This document shows, piece by piece, positions 1-10,021 of a stretch of 64,000 nt of DNA. The notes under the pieces were generated by a model. That model did no database searches and was not told where the DNA came from. It was given only the letters and a program-made list of their open reading frames with translations. Each line of letters starts with the position of its first letter. Position 1 is the stretch's first letter. This DNA comes from Halobacteriaceae archaeon (lineage in GTDB: Archaea > Halobacteriota > Halobacteria > Halobacteriales > Halobacteriaceae), in contig JBDGTS010000016.1 of NCBI GenBank assembly GCA_042216675.1, positions 1 to 64,000 on the forward strand, given 5' to 3'. Position numbers and translations under genes: made by a program.

Positions 1-181
1 GGCCGCGAGAACCGCGAAATCGGGTGGAACGCCTGACTCGCGCCGGCCCACTTCTTCCCGCATTTCACTCGCCGAGCGGCGGCGCCGTCGCTCGTTCGGT
101 CTCCATTGTCATCTATACTCACACGTCGCCGAACTGAGGGTTCATAGCAACCGTTTATCGGGGCCGTCCGCACCTCCGCAC

Positions 182-949
182 ATGGTGCCAATCTCGGCCG
201 CGTCGGACGACCTCACGGCCGTCCCGGACCTCGGGACGGCGGCGCTCTCCGACGCCGACTTCCACCCGAGCGTCGCGGGGAGTCACCGACGCATCGACGC
301 CGACGCGTGGGACACCGTCTACGTCGTCGGCGACGTCCACGGCTGTCTCGACGAACTCCGGGCCCTCGTGGCGACGCTCGACCCGTCGTCCGACGACTTG
401 CTCGTCTTCGTCGGCGACCTCGTCCGGAAGGGACCGGACAGCGCCGGCGTCGTCGACTTCGTCCGCCGCCACGACAACATGGTGTCGGTGCGGGGGAACA
501 ACGAGGACAAACTCCGGCGGGGCGACGCGACCCTCGACGGCCTCGACGACGCCCAGCGCGACTATCTGACCTCGCTCCCCGTCGCGCTCTCGTGGGGCGA
601 CTCGCTCGCGGTCCACGGGGGCCTCGACCCGACGCGCCCCCTCGCCGAACAGGACGCGGCGTCGCTGCTCACCTGCCGGTCGGTCCCGCCCGGCGGCGGC
701 TACGACGGCCCGTTCTGGTTCGAGCGCTATCGCGGCCCGCCGCGGGTGTTCTTCGGCCACACCGTCCTCGCGGCCCCCGTCCGCACGGAGTGGGCCGTCG
801 GCCTCGACACGGGATGTGTCTACGGCGGGTCGCTGACGGCCTACGACTGTCGCGCCGACGAGTTCGTCTCCGTCCCGGCGGGCGAGACGTACCAGTCCCG
901 TGCCGACGACAAAGTGCTCGACGCCGCCGCCTTCGACTGGGAACGATGA
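182..949 (+). CDS. Calcineurin-like metallophosphoesterase (PPP/ApaH-like family)
   Basis: Motifs GDVHG, GDLVRKGPDS, RGNNE, VHGG, FGH, LDTGCVYGG; its stop overlaps the ppk1 start (ATGA). Confidence 0.9.
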   Translation: MVPISAASDDLTAVPDLGTAALSDADFHPSVAGSHRRIDADAWDTVYVVGDVHGCLDELRALVATLDPSSDDLLVFVGDLVRKGPDSAGVVDFVRRHDNMVSVRGNNEDKLRRGDATLDGLDDAQRDYLTSLPVALSWGDSLAVHGGLDPTRPLAEQDAASLLTCRSVPPGGGYDGPFWFERYRGPPRVFFGHTVLAAPVRTEWAVGLDTGCVYGGSLTAYDCRADEFVSVPAGETYQSRADDKVLDAAAFDWER

Positions 950-3219
950 GCGAGAACCGCCCCACTCAGGACGCCGACGTGAACCCGGGGTCGGACGTGG
1001 GACGCGTCTGTGACCCCGACGGCTCGGGGCCGGCGCGCGTCGTCCACGGCGTCTCGGGCGCGCCACCCATCCCCGACACCGACGACGTGGACCTCTCGGA
1101 CCCGAGATGGTATCTGAACCGCGAACTGTCCGAACTCTCCTTCCAGAAGCGGGTGCTCCACGAGGCTCTCGACCCGCGGAACCCGGTCCTCGAACGGGTC
1201 CGCTTCCTCGGCCTGTTCACCAAGAACATCGACGAGTTCTGCATGAAGCGTATCGGCGGCCTGAAACAGCAGATGGCCGGTGAGGTGTCCGGACTGACCC
1301 CGGACGGCCGCACGCCCGAGGAGCAGTGGCGACTCGCTCTCGACACCTTGGCGTCGCTCTTCGAGCGACAGGACGCCTGCTACCGGACCGTCGCCGAGAA
1401 GTTGCTTCCCTCCGCTGGCATCGAAGTCGTCCGCCACGAGTCGCTGTCGCTCGACGAGAAGCGCGCCCTCCGCGAGCATTTCCAGTCGGAGGTCCTCCCG
1501 ACGCTGACCCCACTCACCTTCGACCCGGCGCACCCGTTCCCGTTCATCTCGAACCTCTCGCTGTCGCTGGCGGTGCGCACCCGCCGCGACGGCGAGGAGC
1601 CGAAGTTCTCGCGCGTGAAGATTCCCGAGAACCAGCCCCGACTGCTCCGCGTCGGCGCGGTGGCTGGCGAGAGCGACGGCGGGTCGGCCCGCTTCGTCTT
1701 CCTCGAAGACGTCGTGGCCGCCAACCTCGATTTGCTGTTCCCGAACGTGGAGGTGCTGGACTGGTCGACGTTCCGCGTCACCCGGAACGCCGAGGTCCGG
1801 CGCAACGAGGAGGTGGCGGAGGGCCTCATCGAGATGATAGAGGGCGTCCTCCGTGACCGGCGCTTCGCCACCGTGGTCCGCCTCGAAGTGTCGGCCGACA
1901 TGCCGACGCCCGTGCGGGAACTGCTGATGGACCAACTCGACCTCACGGAGCGAGAGGTGTTCGAGCGGGACCCGCCGCTGAACCTCCGGCATCTGGACCG
2001 CCTGACGGACCTCGACAGGCCGGACCACTCGCTCCCGTCGTGGACGCCCCGCGCGCACCCTCGCTTCGACGGCGTCGCCGACGACGACACCGACCGCACC
2101 GTCTTCGACGTGATTCGCGAGGACGACGTGCTGGTCCACCACCCCTACCACTCTTTCGAGAAGACGGTGCAGATGCTCCTCCGGGAGGCGGCCCGCGACG
2201 ACGACGTCCTCGCCATCAAGGCGGCCATCTACCGCACCAGCCGGGACTCGCAGGTCATCGAGAGCCTCATCGAGGCCGCGCGGAACGGGAAGCAAGTGGC
2301 CGTGATGGTCGAACTGAAGGCTCGCTTCGACGAGGAGAACAACCTCCGCTGGGTCGAGCGACTGGAGGAAGAGGGCATCCACGTCGCCTACGGCACCATC
2401 GGCCTGAAGACCCACACCAAGACGGCGCTCATCGTCCGCCGGGAGGACGACGGCGTCCAACTGTACTCCCACGTCGGCACCGGCAACTACCACGCCGAGA
2501 CGGCGAAGGGGTACGTCGACCTCGGCCTGATGACCAACGACCCCGACGTGGGACAGGACCTCACGCGCCTGTTCAACTTCTTCACCGGCCACTCGTTCCA
2601 CGAGGAGTACCGCAAACTCCTCGTCGCGCCCGGAACGCTCCGTCTCGGACTCGTCGAGCGAATCCGCGCGGAGAAGGAGGCGGCCCGCGACGGCGAGGAC
2701 GCCCGCATCGTCGCCAAACTCAACGCCCTCGAGGACCCCGACGTGGTCGCAGAACTGTACGAGGCGGCGATGGCCGGCGTCGATATCGACCTCATCGTGC
2801 GCGACATCTGCCGCCTTCGCCCGGGCGTCGAGGGCGTCACCGACACCGTCACCGTGCGCAGCGTCGTCGGGCGGTTCCTCGAACACTCGCGCATCTACTA
2901 CTTCGAGAACCGCGGCGACCCGGAGTACTTCATCGGGTCGGCGGACTGGATGACCCGCAACCTCGATAGGCGCGTCGAGGCGGTGACGCCCATCGAGGAC
3001 CCGGACGTGCGGGCCCGCCTCGACGAACTACTCCAGTACTACCTCGCCGACGACCGGAACGCGTGGGAGATGGGTCCCGACGGCAGTTACCGCCACCGGA
3101 CTCCCGACGAACCCAGTGAGGGCGTGTCGGTCCAGCGAGCGCTCATGCGCGACGCGGAGGCCCGCGACCCCGACCGGAGCGACGGGCGCCGGCGTCTCGA
3201 CACGGACCGCCGCGAGTGA
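946..3219 (+). CDS. ppk1: Polyphosphate kinase 1
   Basis: YLNRELSEL, PAHPFPFISNLS, VHHPY, ELKARFDEENN, LKTHTK, GTGNY, VGRFLEHSR, SADWMTRNLDRRVE; ATG at 946 overlaps the upstream stop. Confidence 0.97.
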   Translation: MSENRPTQDADVNPGSDVGRVCDPDGSGPARVVHGVSGAPPIPDTDDVDLSDPRWYLNRELSELSFQKRVLHEALDPRNPVLERVRFLGLFTKNIDEFCMKRIGGLKQQMAGEVSGLTPDGRTPEEQWRLALDTLASLFERQDACYRTVAEKLLPSAGIEVVRHESLSLDEKRALREHFQSEVLPTLTPLTFDPAHPFPFISNLSLSLAVRTRRDGEEPKFSRVKIPENQPRLLRVGAVAGESDGGSARFVFLEDVVAANLDLLFPNVEVLDWSTFRVTRNAEVRRNEEVAEGLIEMIEGVLRDRRFATVVRLEVSADMPTPVRELLMDQLDLTEREVFERDPPLNLRHLDRLTDLDRPDHSLPSWTPRAHPRFDGVADDDTDRTVFDVIREDDVLVHHPYHSFEKTVQMLLREAARDDDVLAIKAAIYRTSRDSQVIESLIEAARNGKQVAVMVELKARFDEENNLRWVERLEEEGIHVAYGTIGLKTHTKTALIVRREDDGVQLYSHVGTGNYHAETAKGYVDLGLMTNDPDVGQDLTRLFNFFTGHSFHEEYRKLLVAPGTLRLGLVERIRAEKEAARDGEDARIVAKLNALEDPDVVAELYEAAMAGVDIDLIVRDICRLRPGVEGVTDTVTVRSVVGRFLEHSRIYYFENRGDPEYFIGSADWMTRNLDRRVEAVTPIEDPDVRARLDELLQYYLADDRNAWEMGPDGSYRHRTPDEPSEGVSVQRALMRDAEARDPDRSDGRRRLDTDRRE

Positions 3220-3274
3220 CGCACTCGGTGGGAATCATCGAACCGCTTTTCGTCCCCTCCGCGAACTCCCGTGC

Positions 3275-3751
3275 ATGACGCTGGTTGTCCCGTTCGACGG
3301 GTCGGACCTCTCGGCGGCCGCGTTGCGACGAGCGGCCGCCTTCCGAACGGTGTTCGAGAAGCGCGTCCTCGCCGTGAGCGTGATTCCCGCGGGAAACGCC
3401 GACTACGCCCGGGAGCGCGGGTGGCTCGGTCCCGCGGAGCGGTACGACCTGTCGGACGTCGTCGCGACCCTCCGCCAGCAGGTGCAAAGCCACTGCCCGA
3501 GCGCGGACTTCCGACACGAGACGGTCGACCGGAACAGTCCGACCGGCACCATCTCCAACCGCTTGCGCCGAATCGCCCGCGAGGCGGATGCTTCGATGGT
3601 GTTCGTCGGGAGCGAGAACGCGGGCCGAGTGGTCCGGTCGCTGAGTAGCGTCGGTGCGAGCGTGGCCTCCGACGACACGTACGACGTGGTCATCGTCCGG
3701 CACACGAACCCGTCGACGCTCGTGGGTCGCCGCGACGTGGACCGCGAGTGA
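3275..3751 (+). CDS. Universal stress protein (UspA family)
   Basis: MTLVVPFDGSDLS N-terminus and MVFVGSENAG...SSVG...YDVVIVR C-terminus. Confidence 0.85.
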   Translation: MTLVVPFDGSDLSAAALRRAAAFRTVFEKRVLAVSVIPAGNADYARERGWLGPAERYDLSDVVATLRQQVQSHCPSADFRHETVDRNSPTGTISNRLRRIAREADASMVFVGSENAGRVVRSLSSVGASVASDDTYDVVIVRHTNPSTLVGRRDVDRE

Positions 3752-3799
3752 CCGGCGCCGTCCGGAAAACCCATACGCGAGGTCACGGGAATAGGGGGT

Positions 3800-4000
3800 A
3801 TGGCAGACGAAGACGAACCGACGGTGCCCGTCGCCTGTTCGGCCTGTGGCACGACGACGGCGGTACCCCTCTCGACGGTGGGGGACGCCATCGAACGGCA
3901 CAACGAACGCCTCCACGACGGCGATGACGTGGCGGAAGTGGACCCGGCGATTCGCGAGCAACTGAGCGACGTCGTCGCCGAGGACCTCGGTTTGCTCTAG
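3800..4000 (+). CDS. Small acidic protein with CxxC...HxxxxH (putative zinc-binding)
   Basis: 66 aa, CSAC and HNERLH, haloarchaeal codon usage, purine-rich sequence before the ATG. Confidence 0.75.
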   Translation: MADEDEPTVPVACSACGTTTAVPLSTVGDAIERHNERLHDGDDVAEVDPAIREQLSDVVAEDLGLL

Positions 4001-4725
4001 AACTGCATGCCGCCGTTCACGTCCACGATTTCGCCCTGCACGTAGGGGTTCTCCAGCAGATACTCGACGGTGTGGGCGACGGCGTCTGGTTCACAGGCGT
4101 ACTCCGGAAGGTGGGTGTCGACGTTCTCGTGGCCGCGGAAGTCGACGCTCTCCAGATAGGCGAGGATGTCGTCGTTCATCTCCGTCTCGACGGGACCGGG
4201 CGCGACGGCGTTCACCTGCACGCCGTTCTCGCCGCGTTCGCGGGCGAGCGCCCGCGTGAGGCCGTGGAGGCCGGCCTTGCTCGCGGCGTAACTCGCGTCC
4301 ACGGTGCCCGCGGTGCCGCCGATGCTCGACACGAAGACGACGTTTCCGTCCGGTTCGAGGTGGGGCGTCGCCGCACGGGCCACGTAGAACGCGCCGGTGA
4401 GGTTCGCGTCGAGGACGCCGGCCCACTGGTCGTCGTCGATGTCCGTCACGAGGTCCGGGTCGACGACGCCCGCGTTGTTGACGACGGCGTCGAGGCCACC
4501 GAGTTCGTCGACGGCCGTCTCGACCATCGCGTCCACGGCGTCGGAGTCAGTCACGTCCGCCTGCACCGTGACGGCCCTCGCGCCCGCCTCGCGGGCGTCG
4601 GCCGCGACTCCCTCGGCCGCTTCTTCGGACTCTCGATAGTTGATGGCGACGTCGTGGCTCTCCGCGAGTCGGAGCGCCGTCGCCTTCCCGATGCCACGGC
4701 TCGCGCCGGTGACGAGGACGTTCAT
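3997..4725 (-). CDS. SDR family oxidoreductase (FabG-like)
   Basis: TGASRGIG, NNAG, YAASK, VNAVAPG, VNGG. Confidence 0.92.
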   Translation of the reverse strand: MNVLVTGASRGIGKATALRLAESHDVAINYRESEEAAEGVAADAREAGARAVTVQADVTDSDAVDAMVETAVDELGGLDAVVNNAGVVDPDLVTDIDDDQWAGVLDANLTGAFYVARAATPHLEPDGNVVFVSSIGGTAGTVDASYAASKAGLHGLTRALARERGENGVQVNAVAPGPVETEMNDDILAYLESVDFRGHENVDTHLPEYACEPDAVAHTVEYLLENPYVQGEIVDVNGGMQF

Positions 4726-4763
4726 ATCAGTCGCTTCTACTACCGGCTAAATAACCCCGGCGG

Positions 4764-5609
4764 TCAGTCCGCGGCCGGCACCACCAGCACCGGGACGTCG
4801 ACGACGCGCAACACCCGGTCGGCGACGCTCCCGAGGACGTGCCCGGCGAGGGTCGCCTCGCCCCGGGACGCCATCACAACGAGGTCGGCCCCCACGGCCT
4901 CTGTGTGGTCCTCGATGGCCTCGTGGGGCGGTCCCCGAACGACGGCCTCCTGCAGTTCGACGTCCGGCGCCGCCGCGACGGCCTCGTCGGCGTAGGACGC
5001 CGTCTTCTCCTCGGCCGCGGCCTCCAGTCGCTCGACGTAGGACCGCGAGACGCCGCCCGCGTCGAACACGCCCGCTTCCGACTGCACGTCGACGGCGCTC
5101 ACGACGTGCAGGGGCGCGTCGCTCTCCGCGGCAGCGGTGGCGGCGGCCGGCGCGGCCCGTTCGCCCGTCTCGCTCCCGTCCGTCGGCGCGAGGACGGCGC
5201 TCGGGGGCACCCGCTCCGTCACGTCCTCGCGGTTCGGGACGACGAGCGTCGGTGTCCCCGACCGGCGCACGACCCGTTCGGCCGTGCTCCCCAGCAGTCG
5301 CTCCGTCAGTCCCGTCTCGCCCTGTCGCCCGACGGCCACGAGGTCCGCGTCGTCCTCGTGCGCCCGGTCGGTGAGTACGGTCGGGGGGTTCCCCCGTTCG
5401 AGGTCAGTTTCCACGCCCATCCCGACGGCGTCGCCGAGTTCGCGAACCTCTGCGAGAATCTCCGTGCCACGGTCGCTTTCCTCGTCCGGTGGGGCCACGT
5501 GAATCACCGCCACCGACGCGTCCCACGCCTTGGCGGCGCGCATGGCGACGCGGGCGGCCCTGCGACCGCACGCGCTCCCGTCGACGCCGACGAGCAGCCG
5601 GTCGAACAT
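4764..5609 (-). CDS. Tandem-domain universal stress protein
   Basis: MFDRLLVGVDGS...LLGSTAERVVR and a second domain VLAPTDGS...LGSVADRVLR. Confidence 0.9.
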   Translation of the reverse strand: MFDRLLVGVDGSACGRRAARVAMRAAKAWDASVAVIHVAPPDEESDRGTEILAEVRELGDAVGMGVETDLERGNPPTVLTDRAHEDDADLVAVGRQGETGLTERLLGSTAERVVRRSGTPTLVVPNREDVTERVPPSAVLAPTDGSETGERAAPAAATAAAESDAPLHVVSAVDVQSEAGVFDAGGVSRSYVERLEAAAEEKTASYADEAVAAAPDVELQEAVVRGPPHEAIEDHTEAVGADLVVMASRGEATLAGHVLGSVADRVLRVVDVPVLVVPAAD

Positions 5610-5650
5610 CTGTATCAGCAGTAGACCGTCGGCCCACGTAAGCGTGGGAC

Positions 5651-5863
5651 CTACGCCCGACGGCGCGGCGCGGCCACGAACAGGGCGTGCCCGACGACGC
5701 CCATCGCCACGATGGCACCCGCGCTCACGCCGGCCTGCCACCCCGCGCCCGCGAGGCGGAACGCCGCGACCCCCAGAGCGAGGGCGAGCGGAATCGAGAC
5801 CAGAACGGCGTCGAAGTAGTCGGGAGTCGGTGCCGCCCGTCGGCGCTCTCTCCTCGTCGTCAT
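5651..5863 (-). CDS. Small two-TM membrane protein
   Basis: MTTRRERRR..DYFDAVLVSIPLALALG..GHALFVAAP; two hydrophobic segments; fills the gap between two genes. Confidence 0.65.
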   Translation of the reverse strand: MTTRRERRRAAPTPDYFDAVLVSIPLALALGVAAFRLAGAGWQAGVSAGAIVAMGVVGHALFVAAPRRRA

Positions 5864-5987
5864 GCACTCTGTGTGGTGGTTGGAAACAGGATAGTACGCC
5901 CGGCTAACTGACCTCGGAAACCCGAGTCGAACGGTTAGGAACGCCCTTCTTACCGATTCCGGCGTGACGATGTTCCGGGTGACACCC

Positions 5988-6407
5988 ATGACACGAGCGC
6001 CGTTCACCGAGTTCGACCGGCTGTTCGACCGCATGCAGCGACACTTCGAGGACCTCGAACCGGACGAGCGCGGCCGAACCGCCGTCGACGTCGCCGAGTC
6101 CGACGACGAGTTCACGATCACGGTCGACCTGCCCGGCTACGACCGGGAGGACATCGACCTCCGCATCCGTGACGACACCCTCCACGTCACGGCCGAACAC
6201 GAGGAGGAGGCCGAAGCCGAGGAAGAAGAGGAGTATCTGCGCAAGGAGCGCCGACACCGCTCGGTGTCCCGCACGATTCATCTCCCCGCCGAAATCGACG
6301 AGAAAGGGACCGAGGCCTCCTATCAGAACGGCGTGCTCACCGTCACCGTCCCGAAGGTGACGGCGGCGGACGCCGAGGAAGCGGGCCACCATATCGCCAT
6401 CGACTGA
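5988..6407 (+). CDS. hsp20: Hsp20/alpha-crystallin small heat shock protein
   Basis: PFTEFDRLFDRM, VDLPG, RTIHLP, ASYQNGVLTVTVPK, C-terminal IAID. Confidence 0.93.
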   Translation: MTRAPFTEFDRLFDRMQRHFEDLEPDERGRTAVDVAESDDEFTITVDLPGYDREDIDLRIRDDTLHVTAEHEEEAEAEEEEEYLRKERRHRSVSRTIHLPAEIDEKGTEASYQNGVLTVTVPKVTAADAEEAGHHIAID

Positions 6408-6409
6408 CC

Positions 6410-6787
6410 ATGAACGAAGCCGTGTCGGCCAGAGACGACGTGGCGGATGCCCTCTCGGACTCGCCCTACGACGTCGTCGACACGTTCGGTGACCTCGAAC
6501 CCGGGCCGCCGCGGCTGGTGGTCCGCGTCCCCGAGGCGGAAATCGACGGGACGGCGGTGCCGGACGTGGAACTCGCCGTGCAGGTCCACCCTAACGACCT
6601 CTTGCTGGCGAACGCCAGCGTCACCGCCGAACGAGGCGAACTGGACGACGAGCAAGTCGCCGCCCTCGACGACGCCGCCGAGGAGAAAATCGAGGAGCCA
6701 CAGGTCACCCTCTGGACCTGCCCCGCCGACGCCGTCGCCGCCGCCGACGTCCTCGCGGACCTCCGAGACTACCACCCCGAGGCCTAG
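6410..6787 (+). CDS. Hypothetical acidic protein
   Basis: 125-aa D/E-rich ORF starting 2 nt after the hsp20 stop. Confidence 0.7.
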   Translation: MNEAVSARDDVADALSDSPYDVVDTFGDLEPGPPRLVVRVPEAEIDGTAVPDVELAVQVHPNDLLLANASVTAERGELDDEQVAALDDAAEEKIEEPQVTLWTCPADAVAAADVLADLRDYHPEA

Positions 6788-7182
6788 AAGGCCGGGGCCA
6801 GCAGGGTGTGGTAGCTCTCGGGCAGTTGCGTCCGCGCGCGGTCGAGTTCGTCCTCGCGCACCATCAGCGAGAGCCCGTCGAAGACGGCCTGCACGCGGTC
6901 GTGGGCCGTCTCGGTGTCGACTCCCTCTCGCTCGGCCACCCGTTCCACGAACTCTTCCGGCGGGAACTCCTCGGCGTCTTCGTTCTCGGGCGCGAGGAGC
7001 CACGCCCTGAGGTCCGGCGTGAGGAAGTCCGCGAGGTCCTCGGCCTCGCCGCGAGCCAACCGTTCGCCGAGCGTTCGGAGGACGGCCTCCGTGGTCTCGC
7101 GGGCCGCTTCGGTCGAGTCGAGGTCCGCGAGGTGTTTGACCTGTTCGAGTGCCTCCGCCGCGTCCACCTGTGGACCGGGCAT
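6784..7182 (-). CDS. DUF2267-type protein
   Basis: AVLRTLGERLARGEAEDLA, EEFVERVAEREG, QLPESY; typical of this helical family. Confidence 0.8.
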   Translation of the reverse strand: MPGPQVDAAEALEQVKHLADLDSTEAARETTEAVLRTLGERLARGEAEDLADFLTPDLRAWLLAPENEDAEEFPPEEFVERVAEREGVDTETAHDRVQAVFDGLSLMVREDELDRARTQLPESYHTLLAPAF

Positions 7183-7296
7183 GGGTGAGACGGCCGCCGG
7201 AGCGAGCAAAAAACGGCGTCCTAACGCCCGAGCGGTCGGCCCAGCCGTTCGACTCGGTCGGGTACGCCGCCGTGTCCCACGTCATCCCCGCGGCGG

Positions 7297-8238
7297 TCAG
7301 TGACCGTGTGCGTCGAGGTGGGTCGGCCGGTCCTCGTAGGCCGGGCACAGTTCGACGGTGGCGTGGTCGACGCCTTCGTCGTCGAGGACCCGGTGGACGC
7401 GCCGCGTCACTTCCTCGGCGTCGGTCATCGACGCCGCGTCCGTCTCTACGTGGGCCGTCGCCACCGTGAGTCGGCTACAGATCTGCCACGCGTGGAAGTC
7501 GACGACGCGTTCGACGCCCGCCACGTCCTCGATAGCGGCCCGCACGGCGGTCGTCTCCACGGGCGACCGGAGGAGGAAGATGGCGCTACTGCCGCGGAGC
7601 AGCCGCCACGCGCTCCAGACGATGACGACGGCGATGAGGACGGCCGCCGCCGGGTCGAAGGCCCGAATACCGGTGTAGCGCTGGCCGACCACGGCCACGA
7701 TGACGAGGAGCGACCCGCCCGCGTCCCCGAGCAGGTGGTAGAAGGCGCCGCGTTCGTTGAGGCTCATCTCGCCCCCCTCCAGCACCCAGACCGAGACGGC
7801 GTTGACGACGAGGCCCCCGATGGCGATTGCGAGCGTCGGCCCCGTCGCCACGTCGACCGGGTTCAGGAAGCGGTGGACGGACTCCCAGAGGATGTACGCG
7901 ACCATCGGCACGAGCAAGGCCCCGTTGAGGAAGGCCGAGAGCGGTTCGAGGCGGTGGAGGCCGAACGACCACCGACCCGAGGCCTCCGTCGTCGTGGCGA
8001 GGTGGGCGGCCGCGAACGCCAGCACGTACGCCAACGCGTCGAACAGCATGTGCAGGGCGTCCGAGAGCAGCGCCACCGACCCGAACAGCAGGCCGCCCGC
8101 GAGTTCCACGAGGAAGCCCACGACGTTGATAGTGGCCACGACGGCGAGTTTCCGGTTGCTTCGGCCGCCGTTGCCGTGGCCGTGGCTGTGGCTGTGCCCG
8201 TCGCCGTCGCCGTGGTCGTGTGAGTGCCCGTCTGCCAT
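7297..8238 (-). CDS. Cation diffusion facilitator (CzcD/ZitB-like Zn/Co/Cd exporter)
   Basis: His-rich N-terminus, SVALLSDALHMLFD, HLLGD, FHAWQI, HATVE; about 6 TM segments. Confidence 0.93.
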   Translation of the reverse strand: MADGHSHDHGDGDGHSHSHGHGNGGRSNRKLAVVATINVVGFLVELAGGLLFGSVALLSDALHMLFDALAYVLAFAAAHLATTTEASGRWSFGLHRLEPLSAFLNGALLVPMVAYILWESVHRFLNPVDVATGPTLAIAIGGLVVNAVSVWVLEGGEMSLNERGAFYHLLGDAGGSLLVIVAVVGQRYTGIRAFDPAAAVLIAVVIVWSAWRLLRGSSAIFLLRSPVETTAVRAAIEDVAGVERVVDFHAWQICSRLTVATAHVETDAASMTDAEEVTRRVHRVLDDEGVDHATVELCPAYEDRPTHLDAHGH

Positions 8239-8383
8239 CCGTTTTCTGACGGTCGGCCGCTCGAATTATTAAATCTATCGGAGGAAAGCGCCGTGTGCGC
8301 CGAATGCGGTCACAATACGATGCACTGAGTTATTAACGACGGCGGACGACGGCGCTTATGTGGGTGCCAGCCGAGCGCCCACC

Positions 8384-8938
8384 ATGAACGAACTCGCGTG
8401 GGAGACAGTCGCCCGCGAGGTGGCCTATTCCTGCCCCGGCTTCGACGTGGTTCACGAGGACGTGCGCCTCCCGGACGGTACCGAGACGGACTACGACTAC
8501 CTCTCCGAACCGCCGGCCGTCGTCGTGTTGCCGTTCCTCGGTGACGGCGGCCCGGGCGACGACGTGGTGACTATCGCGGAGTGGCGACAGGCCGTCGGCC
8601 GTGTGAACCACGGCCTCCCGGCGGGCGGCGTCGAACCCGCGGACGCCACCCTCGCCGCGGCGGCACACCGCGAACTCGCGGAGGAGACGGGCCACGAGGC
8701 CGATGCCGTCGACCACCTGCTCTCGGTCGAACCCGCGAACGGCATCGCGGACTCCGTCCACCACTACTTCGTGGCGCGGGACTGCGCGCCGACGGCGACC
8801 CAGCGACTCGACAGCGACGAGAGCATCCGCGTCGAGACGACGCCGTACACGGACCTGCGAGACGCCGTCCTCGCCGACGAGGTTCGGGACGGCCGCGCCG
8901 CCACGGCCGTCCTCCGCTTCGAGTGCGGCCGGGCGTGA
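8384..8938 (+). CDS. NUDIX hydrolase (ADP-ribose pyrophosphatase-like)
   Basis: Nudix box PAGGVEP...AAAHRELAEETG. Confidence 0.9.
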   Translation: MNELAWETVAREVAYSCPGFDVVHEDVRLPDGTETDYDYLSEPPAVVVLPFLGDGGPGDDVVTIAEWRQAVGRVNHGLPAGGVEPADATLAAAAHRELAEETGHEADAVDHLLSVEPANGIADSVHHYFVARDCAPTATQRLDSDESIRVETTPYTDLRDAVLADEVRDGRAATAVLRFECGRA

Positions 8939-9217
8939 TCAGTTCTCGCGATTCGTCGGGACTCGGCAGGCGGCACCTCCGGTCCGGTCGAAGCGCACGG
9001 CGAGGCCGAACATCGCGAACAGCAACGCGAGGAGCGTCACGCTCGATACGACGGCCGCGACGGGGCCAGTGAGCCGGAGGGCCTCCAGGAGTTCTGAGAC
9101 GACGACGGCTGCGACGACGCCGGCGACGGCGCCGCCCCACCCGGACACCCGGTACCCCCAGCTCGTGGCTCTGTGTTTGGCGGCGCGGAGCCGGCTGAGC
9201 GGACCGTTCTCGCTCAT
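8939..9217 (-). CDS. Small membrane protein
   Basis: 92 aa with two hydrophobic segments. Confidence 0.5.
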   Translation of the reverse strand: MSENGPLSRLRAAKHRATSWGYRVSGWGGAVAGVVAAVVVSELLEALRLTGPVAAVVSSVTLLALLFAMFGLAVRFDRTGGAACRVPTNREN

Positions 9218-9329
9218 CTTTCGACCTCCGTGGCGGGCGGTGCGGTCGCGGGGTAGGCGCGTCGGACCATGTGTAACGCCTCCTTTACAGTAAAGCGTAC
9301 TTTACACTCCACAATAAGTCTGGCGCCCG

Positions 9330-9521
9330 TCATTTGGGCGTGAACAGGTCCTCGATTCGGCAGTCGAAGTAGTCCGCGAGTTCGAAGGCCAGTTCGAGCG
9401 ACGGGTCGTACCGCTCCCGTTCGATGGCGTTGATCGTCTGTCTGGTCACCCCCACGCGGTCGGCGAGGTCGGCTTGGCTCAGCCCCTCCGCCTCGCGGTA
9501 GGTGCGGACCTCGTTTCTCAT
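9330..9521 (-). CDS. XRE/Cro-family HTH transcriptional regulator
   Basis: MRNEVRTYR..LSQADLADRVGVTRQTINAIERERYDPSLELAF. Confidence 0.92.
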   Translation of the reverse strand: MRNEVRTYREAEGLSQADLADRVGVTRQTINAIERERYDPSLELAFELADYFDCRIEDLFTPK

Positions 9522-9922
9522 GGTCGGTACTTGAGCCCGAGATAGACGACACCGAACACCCCGAAGACGACGGCCCACGCGTACAGCGCACCCTCGACTT
9601 CGGGCGGTACGTCGATGTCGCGAAGCCGCACGAGGACGAACAGCGCCGACCCGCCGACGACGCCGGCCGCCCCGACGAGACACAGCGTTATCGCCCCCGC
9701 GCGACGTTCGAGAGACTTGTCTCGTTCGTCGAACAGCGTGACCGACGTCCCGCGCCACACGGCGAGGAAGCCCGCGATGCCGGTCCAGTACACGGCCACG
9801 CCGACGAGCGGTCGGTCGAGGCGCGTCGCGCCGACGAACCCGAGGGTGCCGACGACGATGCAGGCGTACATCGTCCACCGATACCGTCGGATGCGTTCGA
9901 GTCGCGCGGAGTCGCGGCCCAT
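9518..9922 (-). CDS. DUF2178-type membrane protein coupled to the XRE regulator
   Basis: Four TM segments with LFDERD..LERRA motif; 4-nt overlap with the HTH gene. Confidence 0.8.
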   Translation of the reverse strand: MGRDSARLERIRRYRWTMYACIVVGTLGFVGATRLDRPLVGVAVYWTGIAGFLAVWRGTSVTLFDERDKSLERRAGAITLCLVGAAGVVGGSALFVLVRLRDIDVPPEVEGALYAWAVVFGVFGVVYLGLKYRP

Positions 9923-10021
9923 GTGTACCGTCTCCTTTCCACGTCGTGGCGGCGCGGATGAAATGTCTGCCGGTCCCACCAAACGGAACGCTTACCCCCG
10001 CGCTGTCGCAAATACGGGGCC

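Noticed and set aside
1-36. Possible 3' end of an upstream CDS (GRENREIGWNA*)
   Set aside because: Too short to assign or confirm.
307-945. N-terminal 213-aa extension of the ppk1 ORF in the track
   Set aside because: Arg-rich alternative frame over the phosphatase gene; ATG 946 with ATGA coupling is the plausible start.
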